Source: an uncultured delta proteobacterium (lineage in GTDB: Bacteria > Desulfobacterota > Binatia > Binatales > Binataceae). Taken from it: DNA of 64,000 bases. The notes below the pieces were generated by a model, which was not told the DNA's origin, ran no database searches, and worked only from the letters and a program-made list of their open reading frames with translations. Position 1 is the first letter of the stretch. Each line of letters opens with the position of its first letter. Below, one piece after another: positions 62,920-64,000 of this stretch. A program made the translations under genes and the position numbers. The stretch covers positions 1,088,001-1,152,000 of the forward strand of contig CAVRVY010000003.1 of the NCBI GenBank assembly GCA_963724765.1, in the 5' to 3' direction.

Positions 62920-62956
62920 CAGGGACGTAACCTCTTGCTCGGCAGCAACCACCGCC

Positions 62957-63125
62957 GCCGCCGGGAGGCCGCCGCTTTAGCAGCGGCCTCCCGGCGGCTG
63001 GCCCGCGCGCGGCACGGGTTCCGGCCGTGCATCACGGCCGGAATCGTGCCGCGCTTCCCCCCGGAGTGCCGCTACGCGCAGCAAGCGCGTAGCGGCAAAG
63101 CCAGCGGCGCGATCGCGCCGCTGGC
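62957..63125 (-). other. Array of four strong hairpins between rplY and dnaE
   Basis: Stems 62957-62998, 63007-63054, 63067-63097, 63100-63125. Confidence 0.8.
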
Positions 63126-63135
63126 GCAGCGCGCG

Positions 63136-63876
63136 TCAGCCCTTCTTGCCACCGCCCTTGTCGGCGGCGGCGTCTTTGGCGCCACCCTTGGCGCTCTCCT
63201 TGGCAGCGCCCTTGGCGCCCGCCTCGGCGGCGGCCGCCGGCGCAGCCGCGCCTTCGCCACCTTCGGCGCCTTCGACCGGCACGGCCTCGGCCGCAGCGGC
63301 GACCGGCGCCTCGGCGACGGTCGGCGGCAGCACGGTCACTACGGGATAGTCGGTATCGAAGATGGGCTTGATGTTGCCGGGGAAGGTCATCGCCGAGACG
63401 TGGATCACGTCATGAATGTCGAGCGCGGTCACGTCGACCTCCACCACGTCAGGAATCTCCAGCGGAAGGCATTCGACCTCGACCTCGCGCACCAGCGGCC
63501 CCAGGATTCCGCCCTCGGCCACGCCGTGCGCCTTGCCGATGAAGCGCAGCGGCACGGAGACGCGCAGCGGCTGTGTGAGATCGACCTCGTAAAAGTCGGC
63601 GTGGACGAAGTTGCCGCTGACCGGCGCGCGCTGGATCTCCTTGACGATGACGTGGCGGTCGTTGAGCTCGGGCGAACTCGACTTAAGCCGCATCAGGCGC
63701 TGGCGGGCGCTGGCCGAGACGCGCGAGCGCAACTCGGCGCCGCTTATCGCGATCGCGGTTGGCTTGGTCTTGGGTCCATAGAGCACTGCCGGGATATGCC
63801 CTTCGCGGCGCAGTCCACGGCGGCGGCTCTTGGGCCGCGTCTCTCTGATTTCGGCGGCCAGTTCGACAGTCTCCAT
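63136..63876 (-). CDS. rplY: 50S ribosomal protein L25 (CTC type)
   Basis: LRREGHIPAVLYG, KEIQR.P, HADF, EGGIL, CLPLEIP; Ala/Glu/Lys tail. Confidence 0.95.
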   Translation of the reverse strand: METVELAAEIRETRPKSRRRGLRREGHIPAVLYGPKTKPTAIAISGAELRSRVSASARQRLMRLKSSSPELNDRHVIVKEIQRAPVSGNFVHADFYEVDLTQPLRVSVPLRFIGKAHGVAEGGILGPLVREVEVECLPLEIPDVVEVDVTALDIHDVIHVSAMTFPGNIKPIFDTDYPVVTVLPPTVAEAPVAAAAEAVPVEGAEGGEGAAAPAAAAEAGAKGAAKESAKGGAKDAAADKGGGKKG

Positions 63877-63896
63877 CACGTCCTCGCTTGAAAGTA

Positions 63897-63951
63897 TTCG
63901 GCGTAAAAATATTCGGCGTAAATCATTGCGGGCAAATTAGTTCGGCGTAAA
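63897..63951. repeat. ~15-bp-period repeat TTCGGCGTAAA upstream of rplY
   Basis: Exact copies at 63897, 63912, 63941; degenerate TTGCGGGCAAA at 63926. Confidence 0.85.
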
Positions 63952-63980
63952 TCGAATCGGAATCGGCTGCACCAGCCCTC

Positions 63981-64000
63981 TCAAGTGAAAAGCGAGCTCA
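63981..64000 (-). CDS. prs: 3' end of ribose-phosphate pyrophosphokinase (partial)
   Basis: Reads ..SSLFT-stop, like the Prs C-terminal VSSLF; prs-rplY synteny; only 20 nt visible. Confidence 0.6.

Noticed and set aside
63897-63951. CRISPR-like array
   Set aside because: Units of 11 bp with 3-4 bp gaps are far too short, and no cas genes are present.

Overview
High-GC bacterial chromosomal window, mostly core housekeeping genes. Gene order (xerC-hslVU-argBDFGH-lipoprotein-lysA-dapF-dapA; smc-ftsY-zapB-zapA-[6S]-ygfA-rny; prs-rplY) resembles Deltaproteobacteria-related lineages; Ca. Binatota is my inference, not demonstrated. Contents: asnS, thioredoxin/redox genes, arginine and lysine/DAP biosynthesis, glmU-glmS, a small catabolic patch (catechol 2,3-dioxygenase, CoA transferase, crotonase, nitrilase-fold protein), trpB2, def, msrB, bioF(frameshifted)-bioA-bioD, tRNA-Glu/tRNA-Gln, rny, ftsY, smc, an HNH nuclease, an Rne/Rng RNase, moaC, trxB, dnaE and rplY. 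No CRISPR array, transposase or prophage was seen. Best unexplained signals: (1) a candidate sigma54-driven ~105-nt small RNA at 28931-29040 with three exposed UCCCCC motifs; (2) four stacked strong hairpins filling the rplY-dnaE spacer; (3) a nitrilase-fold protein with Ala in place of the catalytic Cys; (4) a 57-aa Cys/His microprotein inside the arg operon; (5) recurrent short tandem micro-duplications at gene junctions.
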